From a bacterium (GTDB lineage: Bacteria > Patescibacteriota > CPR2 > UBA1875 > JAJYID01), in the NCBI GenBank assembly GCA_021787535.1, contig JAJYLR010000001.1, forward strand, positions 147,648-211,647: 64,000 nt of DNA. The letters are read 5' to 3'. This document shows positions 52,345 through 62,036 of this stretch, one piece after another. How positions within the stretch are numbered: the first letter of the stretch is position 1; every line of letters begins with the position of its first letter. The position numbers were made by a program, and so were the translations under genes. The notes below the pieces were generated by a model that worked only from the letters and a program-made list of their open reading frames with translations, made no database searches and was not told where the DNA came from.

Positions 52345-54093
52345 ATGAAGCTCAAAAGACTATATCTGCGATATTCTCTCAATTTCCAAAAACTCAAAAT
52401 AAAACTATATAATCTTGAGGCAGAAGATTTTCAGAAAGCTTATATCGTAGTTTCCAAAAGATTGTATCGAGTGGTTCACCTGAGAAATCTGGTGATTTTC
52501 TGCCTAGGTTTTCTAGTGGTTGTTTTCTCGATGTTTCTGTCATCTTTTAAAACGCTGGGGGCATATTATCAAAAAGATAAACCGCTTGTTGGAGGAGTTT
52601 ACAGCGAAGGAAGTGTGGGAAAATTCCTGCTTTTAAATCCGCTGTACTCTGTCGTTAACCAAAACGATGAAGACGCGGTCAATCTTATTTTTAGCGGACT
52701 TACGAAACATAGCCGTGGGAAAGAGATAATTCCGGATCTAGCCAGCAGTTGGTCTCTGTCTCAAGATCGAAAAACTTACATCTTTGATATTAAAAAAGGG
52801 GTGAAATGGCAGGACGGCCAGGATTTTACAGCAGATGATGTGGTTTTTACCGTTCAGACCATCCAGAACCCGGACGCCAAAAGCCCGCTTTATGAAGCCT
52901 GGAAAGGAGTGAAAGTAGAAAAGACAGGCAGCTATGGTGTCAAATTTGTTTTAAATGCGCCGGATAAATCTTTTCTGGAAAATACTACGCTGAAAATTCT
53001 GCCCCGCCACGTCTTAGCCAGTATTCCGGCTAGTGATATGCAGACTGTGGACTTTAATACCTCTCCGATCGGAACGGGCCCTTATCAATTTGGCAGTATG
53101 AACGAAGAGTCGGGTAGAGAAACTCTTATTTTAAATGCCTTTAGCGGCTATTACGGCAAAAAGCCGTTTATTCAAAAGTTGATGTTGGAAAGTTTTGCGG
53201 ATGCGCGAGAAATGATTGCTGAGTACCGCAAAAGAAATATTATGGCGATTGCAAATCCCGATCAAGCTGATATTCAAAGATTGGGAAATGATAAAACGAC
53301 TAATATTCACGAATATATCTTGCCTCGCTATACAGCCGCTTTTTTTAATATGGACAATGAATTTTTAAAAGATAAGAATCTGCGGCTCGCCATTAGCCAG
53401 ATTACGGACAGAAAAAATATGGTGGACGAAGCACTTGACGGTGAGGGACTGCCGGTTTATTTGCCGCTTGTATATGGTCCAAACGGACAAAGCGCGGCTG
53501 CAGACGCAGCCCAAGCTTCTGATACCTTAAAGGTAGCCGGTTACACGCTTGCTCAGGGTAAACTGCAGTTCAAGGGGAAGGATGTAAAGTTGAAGATTGT
53601 CACGGCAGAAACAGATGAGATGAAAAAAACCGCTGATATTTTTCAAAAGGAACTGGGGAGTTTGGGAATAAGCAGCGATGTAGAGGCCGCTGGCATGAAT
53701 GATCTGCAAAATAATTATCTGAGGCCGAGAAATTATGATGTTTTAATTCTCGGCGAAAACAGCGGGCTTTACGGTGACCTCTTCAGTTTCTGGCATTCTT
53801 CCCAGGTGCAAGATCCGGGACTTAACTTCTCCAAGTACAAAAGCCCGGCCCTAGATAAGTTTCTGGAAATTTTAAGATCAAACAATGATCCGGCCGAAAA
53901 GCAAAAAATGTATTCTGAAATAGATCGCATCTTTCAAGAGGATAATCCCGCCGTCTATCTTTATAATCCTTTTTACCAGTTTATTACATCAGATAGAGTA
54001 AAGGGCGTCCATAACGGCCGGCTGGTTACTCCGGCTGATCGGCTGAATATGCTTGAGGACTGGTATCTAAAATACCAAAAAGTTTCTCTTTAG
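52345..54093 (+). CDS. Peptide ABC transporter substrate-binding protein (family 5)
   Basis: GGVYSEG, LNPL, IFSGL, PDLA, WQDG..FTADDVVFT, PIGTGPY. Confidence 0.9.
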   Translation: MKLKRLYLRYSLNFQKLKIKLYNLEAEDFQKAYIVVSKRLYRVVHLRNLVIFCLGFLVVVFSMFLSSFKTLGAYYQKDKPLVGGVYSEGSVGKFLLLNPLYSVVNQNDEDAVNLIFSGLTKHSRGKEIIPDLASSWSLSQDRKTYIFDIKKGVKWQDGQDFTADDVVFTVQTIQNPDAKSPLYEAWKGVKVEKTGSYGVKFVLNAPDKSFLENTTLKILPRHVLASIPASDMQTVDFNTSPIGTGPYQFGSMNEESGRETLILNAFSGYYGKKPFIQKLMLESFADAREMIAEYRKRNIMAIANPDQADIQRLGNDKTTNIHEYILPRYTAAFFNMDNEFLKDKNLRLAISQITDRKNMVDEALDGEGLPVYLPLVYGPNGQSAAADAAQASDTLKVAGYTLAQGKLQFKGKDVKLKIVTAETDEMKKTADIFQKELGSLGISSDVEAAGMNDLQNNYLRPRNYDVLILGENSGLYGDLFSFWHSSQVQDPGLNFSKYKSPALDKFLEILRSNNDPAEKQKMYSEIDRIFQEDNPAVYLYNPFYQFITSDRVKGVHNGRLVTPADRLNMLEDWYLKYQKVSL

Positions 54094-54108
54094 TTGATAC
54101 GGTCTCTG

Positions 54109-54579
54109 TTACGGTGCAGATACCGTCTCTATGCAGCTGCTGCCTGTGTAATCATGAGTACAGATTTGATATCTGGACTCTTCTAAATACATTAATCTTC
54201 CACTGCAGCCATTATTAGGATCGCTGCAGTCCGATGATACAGTTGGAGTTTTGGATAATCCGCATGAAATACCATCGCTTGCCAGTTCTTGAGCTACATC
54301 ATTGATCACTACGCCGTTTGTCCCATAATGGCCTGTACCCGGATTGGCGGGATAGCAAAGAGTGTTTTGAGTTTGACCGCAATATACCTTATTTCTTGCT
54401 AAATATGCTTCTAGGCATGTTTCCATCTTTTTGACATTTGACCTGTTAGTTGTTTCAGTTGCCATATGTTGCGCAATCTTTATGGCATTTACAAGAACAG
54501 CAAAAAGAACAGCGATGATTGTCATAACAACCATTATCTCGATTAATGTAAAGCCCTTGTTTTGATTAATTTTATGCAC
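54109..54579 (-). CDS. Type IV pilin-like protein
   Basis: Prepilin cleavage motif KGFTLIEIMVV. Confidence 0.88.
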   Translation of the reverse strand: MHKINQNKGFTLIEIMVVMTIIAVLFAVLVNAIKIAQHMATETTNRSNVKKMETCLEAYLARNKVYCGQTQNTLCYPANPGTGHYGTNGVVINDVAQELASDGISCGLSKTPTVSSDCSDPNNGCSGRLMYLEESRYQICTHDYTGSSCIETVSAP

Positions 54580-54754
54580 CTAGCTTACCCTCGCATATTG
54601 CTTATATTGTATTTTTTATTTTTTTAAATTGCAAATCTTTATCTCGTTGTTATGTAATTGAAAAACTCTCGTGGAAATGATAAAATTTTCACACTCGTTG
54701 TGTAACTTGATCTGGCAGTAGTTATCTGCCACTTTAGGAATCACTTGAGATATT

Positions 54755-54843
54755 GCTGCGGTGGCGGAATTGGTAGACGCGCTGGCTTGAGGGGCCAGTG
54801 GCCCGAAACGGCCGTGGAGGTTCAAGTCCTCTCCGCAGCACCA
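54755..54843 (+). tRNA. tRNA-Leu(GAG)
   Basis: Cloverleaf with long variable arm, anticodon loop TT-GAG-GG, encoded CCA. Confidence 0.95.
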
Positions 54844-54996
54844 AAAACTAAATACCCTCACAGGGTTTTTAGTTTTGGGTAATGCTGAGGTGGTGAGAAT
54901 CTTCTGTAGACGCCCAGAAAAATCATAAACAATGTTACAAGACTTTCAATGAGATTGATGTGAGTTTATTAGAGAATTAAACTCAAAGGCGGCGAG

Positions 54997-55083
54997 CCGC
55001 TTCAAGTCCTCGCAGCAAGCACCAAACTTCGCTCTGAATTTTTCAGAACTACGCTTGGCAGGCCAACGAAGTTATTTGCAAGG
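54997..55083 (+). repeat. tRNA-3'-end-derived repeat, copy 1
   Basis: CCGCTTCAAGTCCTCGCAGCAAGCACCA..., highly similar to 56962-57048. Confidence 0.85.
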
Positions 55084-55137
55084 TGAGAAACACAGAATAG
55101 AATAGAATTTTAATGAAGCCGAGAGGGCTTTTTTTGA

Positions 55138-56076
55138 CGCTTTCTAATCAATACCTTTGCAACACCTGAGCTGGTGTTTTAAGGCCAATGCCCAGATGCC
55201 TCCTTTCATTGTTGTAGTAATCCAGATAGCTTTTAATCCTTGCTTCAATTCCTTTCTCCAGCCATAGCTTTTCACATTCTTCCTGAATGGTTCTATTGAA
55301 TCTTTCAATGTGAGCATTATCATTTGGTTTTCTGACTCTGGAATGTCTGAGTTTTGTTCCTTTGTAGCCAAGCATGTCAGAAAACCATTTGCCAAATTCA
55401 GGTCCGTTATCTGTTTGGACTGTTTTAAATCTAAATCCTGCTAGTTTCTGTGCTTTTAAGACAAACTTCAAGCTGTTGGTTTGAGAAAACCTCTCAGTAT
55501 ATTCCGCATAAGCAAATCTTGAGTAAAGATCGATTAATGTATAGACATAATATCTAGTTCCATCATCTCTAACAAAGTGAATGGTGTCTAACTGAACCAA
55601 GTCACCCGGTTGAAAGACAAAAGGCCTGGGAATATGCGGCCTGAAGCGTTTCCACTTTGATTTTTCTCTGATCAATCCCTGTCTTTTAAGGGTTCTTTTC
55701 ACTGAGGATAAACTAACTTTAATATCTCTTTCCTTTAAATCCTCGTAGATCACTTCAGCGCATCTGTTGTGTTTTAATCTTTCTTCTCTGATTGCCTCAA
55801 TAATATCCTGGGGCAGTTCTTTCGGATGATGGTGAGGTCTTGAGCTTCTGGTTTGAAGATGAGCGTTTAATGAAAGATATTCCTCCCTATATCTTTTTGC
55901 CCATCTTGAAACAGAAGAGTAGGAATATCCAAAGTGACGGGCTACCTGCCTGGTTGAATATCCTTGCTTTAACATTCTGACAGCTTGCAATCTAACCTTT
56001 GGCATATTGGGATTTTTTGTGTATGACATACTCATAATTTTAATGCAAAGTGTTGCAAAGGTATTGAACCATTACG
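55138..56076 (-). mobile_element. IS481-family insertion sequence
   Basis: Perfect 18-bp subterminal IRs (55148-55165, 56050-56067); flanking TTTTGA direct repeats (55132-55137, 56077-56082). Confidence 0.85.
55148..56035 (-). CDS. IS481-family DDE transposase
   Basis: N-terminal HTH; rve core PGDLVQLDT, IDLYSR, QTDNGPEF, NAHIERFNRT, YNNERRH. Confidence 0.92.
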   Translation of the reverse strand: MSMSYTKNPNMPKVRLQAVRMLKQGYSTRQVARHFGYSYSSVSRWAKRYREEYLSLNAHLQTRSSRPHHHPKELPQDIIEAIREERLKHNRCAEVIYEDLKERDIKVSLSSVKRTLKRQGLIREKSKWKRFRPHIPRPFVFQPGDLVQLDTIHFVRDDGTRYYVYTLIDLYSRFAYAEYTERFSQTNSLKFVLKAQKLAGFRFKTVQTDNGPEFGKWFSDMLGYKGTKLRHSRVRKPNDNAHIERFNRTIQEECEKLWLEKGIEARIKSYLDYYNNERRHLGIGLKTPAQVLQRY

Positions 56077-56156
56077 TTTTGATTGACAGATATAAACTTT
56101 TATGGTACTTTATTAATCATAACTTTTGTTGCCTAGGAATATTTATCTGAAAAGGA

Positions 56157-56384
56157 GTGATGGTAGTGATGGTAATGAAGAAAGGAACGAAGGTGGTAAC
56201 ATTTTTCAAAGAGGAGGATCTGAGCGAGATGAGAGACGCCGGTCTCACTGATGGTATGAAAGGAGTGATCATCAGTGACCCGATACCTGCCCATAAAGGG
56301 AGCTCATTTCGTGTTCGTTGCGAGAATGGGATCGAAATAAAGCTTCATGAATCTCACTTGCAGCTAACATCAGCGGACGGGTAG
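56157..56384 (+). CDS. Small hypothetical protein whose stop overlaps the tRNA-Val(GAC) 5' end
   Basis: TTGACA-17-TACTTT promoter (56083-56111), AAGGAG RBS; exact start uncertain. Confidence 0.5.
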   Translation: MMVVMVMKKGTKVVTFFKEEDLSEMRDAGLTDGMKGVIISDPIPAHKGSSFRVRCENGIEIKLHESHLQLTSADG

Positions 56385-56451
56385 CTTAACTGGCTAAAGT
56401 GCCGGCTCGACATGCCGGAAATTGAAGGTTCAAATCCTTTCCCGTCCGCCA
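56375..56451 (+). tRNA. Atypical tRNA-Val(GAC)
   Basis: Acceptor GGACGGG/CCCGTCC, anticodon arm CCGGC-TCGACAT-GCCGG, TTCAAAT loop, CCA; carries C33 and G73. Confidence 0.65.
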
Positions 56452-56486
56452 ACATTTGAGGGGATTTATCCTCTCTTGCAGAGACT

Positions 56487-56562
56487 GCTCCAGTAGCTTA
56501 ACTGGTAAAACGTCGGGTCGTTATTTGAAGGTTACCAGTTCAAATCTTACCTTGGGCAGGCA
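56487..56562 (+). pseudogene. Degenerate tRNA-like sequence
   Basis: GTAGCTTAACTGG D-arm and GTTCAAATC T-loop retained; stems broken; no CCA. Confidence 0.6.
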
Positions 56563-56569
56563 ATTTATC

Positions 56570-56600
56570 TGGGCGTCCGCGAATCTTGGGCGCCCATTTT
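56570..56600 (+). terminator. Intrinsic terminator
   Basis: TGGGCGTCC...GGGCGCCCA-TTTT. Confidence 0.65.
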
Positions 56601-56645
56601 TCTTTTACAAATTCAGATCTTATAGTATAATATTTCAGTATTTTT

Positions 56646-56722
56646 GGGCGCTTAGCTCAGCTGGCTAGAGCGACTGGTTTACACCCAGTAGGTCGAGGGT
56701 TCGAGTCCCCCAGCGCCCACCA
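56646..56722 (+). tRNA. tRNA-Val(TAC)
   Basis: Cloverleaf, ACTGG-TTTACAC-CCAGT, ACCA end. Confidence 0.95.
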
Positions 56723-56750
56723 TAGAAAATTTCGCTGAAAATATTGAAAA

Positions 56751-56837
56751 GCCGCGGTGGCGGAACTGGTAGACGCGCTGGCTTCAGGTGCCAGTGAAAG
56801 CAATTTCGTGGAGGTTCGAGTCCTCTCCGCGGCACCA
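56751..56837 (+). tRNA. tRNA-Leu(CAG)
   Basis: Cloverleaf with long variable arm, loop TT-CAG-GT, ACCA end. Confidence 0.95.
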
Positions 56838-56961
56838 ATGAAATTGTTTAGCAAGGAGAGACGAGAACCTCCTGAAAAACGCTTTAAGTTTCAGGTATTG
56901 AAAATGGTAAAATTTAGCATGTAAGAAAGGTGCTATAAAAAAGAAATGAAAAGTGGTTGAA

Positions 56962-57048
56962 CCGCTTCGAGTCCTCGCAGTAAGCACCAAACCTCGCTCT
57001 GGTTTTTTCAGAGCTACGCTTGGCAGGCCAACGAAGTTGTTTGTAAGG
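56962..57048 (+). repeat. tRNA-3'-end-derived repeat, copy 2
   Basis: CCGCTTCGAGTCCTCGCAGTAAGCACCA...; a third degenerate copy at 57161-57184. Confidence 0.85.
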
Positions 57049-57204
57049 AGGTGGCAAGAACCTCCTGAAACTGCCCAAATGAAACAAAAATCATATAAAA
57101 AAAGAAAATTTATTTTGTAAGATAACCTTTTAGAAAAGTAAAATAAAAAGTAGTGGTGCTTTTCAAGTACTCGCAGCTAGCACTATATTAAAAAAGAATC
57201 TGAT

Positions 57205-58353
57205 ATGCAAAAACCAAATTACAAAGGCGGCAGTATTGTCAATCTAATGAGTTCTATTAAAAGATCATTTGGCGGATCATCTGAGTATGAGCCGCTAGCC
57301 GGTTTTGACATTTCAGAAATCGCCCAAAAAACAGTTGTCCTAATAGTTATAGACGGACTTGGTTATGAATTTATTAAAAAATACGGCAGTGAGAGTTTCC
57401 TTAGTAAAAACTTAAAAGGTAATATTACATCGGTTTTCCCTGCCACGACGGCTTCAGCTATGACCGCTTTTTCAACCGGTGTTCCTGCGCAGCAGCACGG
57501 ACTCACAGGATGGTTTGTTTATTTAAAGGAACTCGGCGCAGTCACTACAGTGCTGCCTTTTAAAACGCGTGCCGGAGATCTAAGTTTATCCCAGGGGAAT
57601 ATAAACTATGGAGACATTTTTTCTCAAAAAAGTTTTTTTGAAGAATTAGACGTACCATCTTTTTACATCGGCAGTGAAAAATATGTAGATTCTGATTACT
57701 CGCGCTTCGCACACGAAGGGGCTAAAAGAGTTCCCTTTTCTTCACTTGAAAACTTCTCGCAGCAAATCAGTAAGCTCATCTCTGACGGCCAAAGACAATA
57801 CGCTCTGGCTTATTGGGACGGTTTTGATATGTTAAGCCATGTCCATGGAAATAACAGCCAAGAAGTGAGAAACCATTTTAAAATGATCGATCAGGAGATT
57901 GAATCCCTGTCAAAAAATCTAAAAGAGAAAAATGCTGTACTGATTATAAGCGCTGATCACGGTTTTATAGATACTGAGATGAAAGATGTCATTCATCTTG
58001 CAGATCATCCAAAGCTTCAAAAAACTTTAGCACTCCCTCTTGCCGGAGATTCCAGAGCTGTTTACTGTTATGTCAAACCGGGGAAAACCAAAGATTTTGA
58101 GAATTATGTCAAAATGGTTTTAGGAGATTATTGCCATCTCTATAAAAGCAAGGATCTTTTTGAAAAAGGATTTTTTGGCTTGTTTGAGCCGCATAAAGAG
58201 CTAATGGATCGTATCGGAGATTACACCCTCATAATGAAGAAAAACTATATTATGAAAGACGAAGTTCTGGGAGAAGAAAGACATAACTTTATCGGCCACC
58301 ACAGCGGAATGAGCAAAGAAGAGATGTTTGTTCCTCTAATCGTGGTAGAATAG
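57205..58353 (+). CDS. Alkaline phosphatase superfamily nucleotide pyrophosphatase/phosphodiesterase
   Basis: VIDGLG, SVFPATT, DMLSH.HG, ISADHG, GHHSG. Confidence 0.88.
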   Translation: MQKPNYKGGSIVNLMSSIKRSFGGSSEYEPLAGFDISEIAQKTVVLIVIDGLGYEFIKKYGSESFLSKNLKGNITSVFPATTASAMTAFSTGVPAQQHGLTGWFVYLKELGAVTTVLPFKTRAGDLSLSQGNINYGDIFSQKSFFEELDVPSFYIGSEKYVDSDYSRFAHEGAKRVPFSSLENFSQQISKLISDGQRQYALAYWDGFDMLSHVHGNNSQEVRNHFKMIDQEIESLSKNLKEKNAVLIISADHGFIDTEMKDVIHLADHPKLQKTLALPLAGDSRAVYCYVKPGKTKDFENYVKMVLGDYCHLYKSKDLFEKGFFGLFEPHKELMDRIGDYTLIMKKNYIMKDEVLGEERHNFIGHHSGMSKEEMFVPLIVVE

Positions 58354-58683
58354 TTACTTTGTTTTCTCTTCGTCCTTTTTATGGAGTTTTTCCAGTCGAA
58401 ACCATTTGTAACCGAAGTAAACTACGAGTGCTACGATAGAAAAGTCAATTAGCGCGCTGATGAAATTCCCCAGAAGAATATCTGCTGAGAAAATATGAAA
58501 GCTTATCTTATCAAGCCCTTTGGCTTGTCCGAGAATGAGCCCGACTATAGGACTAATAATATCAGTCACGAGTGCGGTTACAAGCTTAGCTACGGCTCCG
58601 GCTAAAACAAAACCGATAGCCAGCCCTACTACCTTGTTTTCGATAATAAATTCTCTAAAACCTTCAAACTGTCTTTTGATCAT
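58354..58683 (-). CDS. mscL: Large-conductance mechanosensitive channel
   Basis: F.EFI...VVGLAIGFVLA.A...LV..LV.DII.P; GNFISALIDF. Confidence 0.92.
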   Translation of the reverse strand: MIKRQFEGFREFIIENKVVGLAIGFVLAGAVAKLVTALVTDIISPIVGLILGQAKGLDKISFHIFSADILLGNFISALIDFSIVALVVYFGYKWFRLEKLHKKDEEKTK

Positions 58684-58836
58684 TTCTTTCTCCTTGGCAG
58701 TATTTTACCAAAAACAAAAAAATCTGGCCAGCTTTATGTATTATAAAACTGTGAGTTACTTAGTCATTCCGACCGCCATCCAGTACTTCAATGCTTAAGT
58801 GTTGGATAATTTGTTATAAAGACTGAGAATTCTATT

Positions 58837-59229
58837 CTATTGCTCAGGTGTTTGCACTACAATCTTCCCGTTCATGTATGGATGCAGTTTGCAATGATAC
58901 TCATATTCTCCAACTTTTGTAAATTTATAGCTGAAAGAGTCATCGTTTTTAAGATTTGCTGAAGCGAAATCTTTTGATTGGATCGTATGCACAGCGCCAT
59001 CTTCATTAAACCAAGTAACGCTTTCACCGGTTTTTATATTTAATACAGGCGGCTCGAATGCGAAGTTGTTGATCATTACAAGATTTTTGGCATTTGGTTT
59101 CTCGGCAACCTGCTCGCTCGGCAGTTTGACTACCGGTTCCTTGGGCTCTTTCGGTTGAAGCAATAAAAACGCCAGGGCGCCGGCTGTTACAACTATAAAG
59201 ATCATAAGCACAATGTAAGGTTTTTTCAT
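58837..59229 (-). CDS. Cupredoxin (plastocyanin/azurin-like) protein
   Basis: NFAFEP, WFNEDGAVHT, YHCKLHPYM type-1 Cu ligands; GAGGT RBS. Confidence 0.9.
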   Translation of the reverse strand: MKKPYIVLMIFIVVTAGALAFLLLQPKEPKEPVVKLPSEQVAEKPNAKNLVMINNFAFEPPVLNIKTGESVTWFNEDGAVHTIQSKDFASANLKNDDSFSYKFTKVGEYEYHCKLHPYMNGKIVVQTPEQ

Positions 59230-59397
59230 TATGTACCTCAAATTTCATCTCTTAAAAGTTTCGGTAATCCTCATGTTAGCCAATCTGATACCTCAGAACA
59301 ATATGAGAATCTACAATATTAGTTTTGGTTTTGGGGCTTAAGTTTGTTATAATTTAGAGGTTAAAAGCAGAAATAAGGAATATTGAAAGAGAACAAG

Positions 59398-61116
59398 ATG
59401 GAAATTAAGACTATGAGACACAGCTTCAGTCATGTCTTGGCTGCGGCAGTGCTTGATATGTTCCCGGAAGCCAAGCTCGGCATGGGTCCGGCTGTAGAAA
59501 ACGGATTTTACTATGATTTTGACCTGCCAAGGACTTTGATTCCTGAGGATTTGCCGATCCTTGAGAAAAAAATGAGGCGGATTATAAAGAAAAACGAGAA
59601 GTTTGAACGTGCTGATGTCTCTATCAAGGAAGCTCTCGAGATTTCCAAGAAGTCGAAGCAGACTTACAAAACCGAGTTAATTAAAGATCTCGAAAAAGCC
59701 GGCGAGAAAACAGTATCGTTCTACAAAACCGGCAAGTTCATTGACCTTTGCGCCGGTCCGCATGTCGTCTCCACAAATCAGCTGGGCGCTTTCAAGCTCT
59801 CACACATTTCCGGCGCATACTGGAAAGGCGATGAGAAAAATAAAATGCTTCAGCGCATCTACGGCTATGCGTTTGCCACCCAGAAAGAATTGGATGAATT
59901 TTTGGTAAATTTAGAAGAAGCCAAGAAAAGGGATCATAGAAAGATTGGCAAAGAAATGGACCTTTTTTCATTTCACAGTGAGGCACCGGGAATGGTATTC
60001 TGGCACCCAAAGGGCATGATCCTAAGAGAAGCTCTTATGGAACCTCACAAAAAACTTCATGATGAAGAGGGTTATGAGACAGTTTCTACTCCTATCATGC
60101 TTTCTGAAAAACTCTGGCATAGATCAGGCCACTGGGATAACTATAAGGATGAAATGTATTTTTCCAAAGTTGATAATGCCAAATTTGCCATAAAACCAAT
60201 GAACTGCCCCGGCTCAATCCTCATTTATAGCACTTATCCCAGATCTTACAGAGAGTTTCCGATGCGGCTTTATGAAAACGGAGAGATCCATCGCCATGAA
60301 CTATCCGGAACATTGCACGGACTTTTTAGAGTCAGGGCTTTCCGCCAGGATGATGCGCATATCTATCTTTTACCGGATCAAATAGAAAACGAAATTCAAA
60401 AAATAGTAAAGTTAACGCTGGATTTCTATAAAATGTGCGGGTTTGAAGAAGTAAGTATTGAAGTTTCAACCAGACCGGAAAAATCAATCGGATCCGATGA
60501 AATCTGGGAAAAGTCAGAAAGCATCTTGAAGAAAACCTTGAAAGACATGGGCTTAAAATATCAAATCAACGAAGGCGACGGCGCTTTTTACGGACCAAAA
60601 ATAGATTTTCATATCAAAGACTCTTTAGGGCGTTCCTGGCAATGCGGAACCACCCAGCTTGATTTCTCTATGCCGGAGAGATTTGATCTTAAATATATCG
60701 ACAAAGACGGCAAACTGAAACACCCCGTGATGATACATAGAACTGTAATCGGTTCGATTCAAAGATTCATTGGCGTTTTGATAGAACACTACGGCGGACA
60801 CTTTCCTCTCTGGCTGGCTCCGGTTCAGGTGAAAATAATTCCGGTTTCCGATAAGTTCGAAAAATTTGCCAGAAAAGTCGAGGCAGAATTGAAGTCTGCA
60901 GATTCGCGGGTAGAGTTTGACTCATCCGATGAATCGGTCGGCAAGAAAATCCGAAATGCCGAGCTTGAAAAAATTCCATACATGCTGATACTCGGCGAGA
61001 AGGAAGAAAAAGCCGGCAAGGTCGCCGTTCGCTCGCATAAAAAAGGCGACGAAGGCCAAATAGAACTCAAGAAACTGATCTCAAATCTCAAAAAAGAAAT
61101 TAACGAGAAGAAATGA
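59398..61116 (+). CDS. thrS: Threonine--tRNA ligase (no N-terminal TGS domain)
   Basis: RHSFSH, DLCAGPH, RDHRKIG, KPMNCPG, GAFYGPK, HR. Confidence 0.96.
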   Translation: MEIKTMRHSFSHVLAAAVLDMFPEAKLGMGPAVENGFYYDFDLPRTLIPEDLPILEKKMRRIIKKNEKFERADVSIKEALEISKKSKQTYKTELIKDLEKAGEKTVSFYKTGKFIDLCAGPHVVSTNQLGAFKLSHISGAYWKGDEKNKMLQRIYGYAFATQKELDEFLVNLEEAKKRDHRKIGKEMDLFSFHSEAPGMVFWHPKGMILREALMEPHKKLHDEEGYETVSTPIMLSEKLWHRSGHWDNYKDEMYFSKVDNAKFAIKPMNCPGSILIYSTYPRSYREFPMRLYENGEIHRHELSGTLHGLFRVRAFRQDDAHIYLLPDQIENEIQKIVKLTLDFYKMCGFEEVSIEVSTRPEKSIGSDEIWEKSESILKKTLKDMGLKYQINEGDGAFYGPKIDFHIKDSLGRSWQCGTTQLDFSMPERFDLKYIDKDGKLKHPVMIHRTVIGSIQRFIGVLIEHYGGHFPLWLAPVQVKIIPVSDKFEKFARKVEAELKSADSRVEFDSSDESVGKKIRNAELEKIPYMLILGEKEEKAGKVAVRSHKKGDEGQIELKKLISNLKKEINEKK

Positions 61117-62036
61117 CGCAGAAAAGCAAGAAGATTATTGCTATAGACATCGGCGGGACAAATATACGGATAGGTCTTGTTGATTCACTTGGTAATCTTG
61201 AGAAAAATACCAAGTTAGACAAGCCCGACATCAGCCAGGTTCCAGATTTGATAATTTCAACAATCAAGGATTTGTTTACCAAATCAGAACTGGAAAACAC
61301 CTCCTGTATCGCAGTCAGTACAGCCGGCCGAGTCGACAATGAAAAAGGATTAATAGAATGCCCGACTATAGGCAAGGGTGTATTACCGCTTGGCAGAGAC
61401 TTAAAAGAAGTATTTGGGAAAGAAGTTATCTTAATCAATGATGCGAATGTGGCGGCATACGGTGAGTACTCTAAAATAAAAGATAAGACTCAAAACCTGG
61501 TTTATGTAACAATTTCGACAGGAATCGGCGGAGGTGCCATAGTAGACGGTTACTTAATCCAAAACAACGCAGTAGAAATAGGACATATCGTTGTCAAAGA
61601 AGAGGATTATAAACTTTTTTGCAATTACGGACATGAAAATTGCTGGGAGGCATTTGCATCAGGCAATGGCATCCCCCATTTTTTCAAAGCATGGGCAAAA
61701 AAACAAAAAATTACCGCAGAAAACTATTCAGCCGCTGGAGAGATATTTGAGGCAGCCAAAAAGGGCGGACAAACAGAAAAGAAATTTCTTGAAAAACTGG
61801 GAGAATATAATAGCCGAGGCATTAGCATGATTATGGCAGCTTATAATCCTGACATAATTGTAATAGGCGGGTCTGTCGTGCGCCATAATAAAAATGAAAT
61901 TTTAAAACCGATGATGAAAAATATTCAAGAAATTTATAAATTACCTCAAATTATAGTGACTGAATCCGGCGACGAAGTTTGTCTTCTAGGTGCCGCCCAA
62001 TATGCTTTTGATAATTTAGTTAAGGAGAAAAAATGA
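61113..62036 (+). CDS. ROK family sugar kinase
   Basis: AIDIGGTN, INDANVAA.GE, STGIGGG, EIGH, CWEAFASG. Confidence 0.9.
   Translation: MTQKSKKIIAIDIGGTNIRIGLVDSLGNLEKNTKLDKPDISQVPDLIISTIKDLFTKSELENTSCIAVSTAGRVDNEKGLIECPTIGKGVLPLGRDLKEVFGKEVILINDANVAAYGEYSKIKDKTQNLVYVTISTGIGGGAIVDGYLIQNNAVEIGHIVVKEEDYKLFCNYGHENCWEAFASGNGIPHFFKAWAKKQKITAENYSAAGEIFEAAKKGGQTEKKFLEKLGEYNSRGISMIMAAYNPDIIVIGGSVVRHNKNEILKPMMKNIQEIYKLPQIIVTESGDEVCLLGAAQYAFDNLVKEKK

Noticed and set aside
54616-54861. Minus-strand ORFs over tRNA genes (also 56657-56990)
   Set aside because: Artefacts of tRNA reverse complements.
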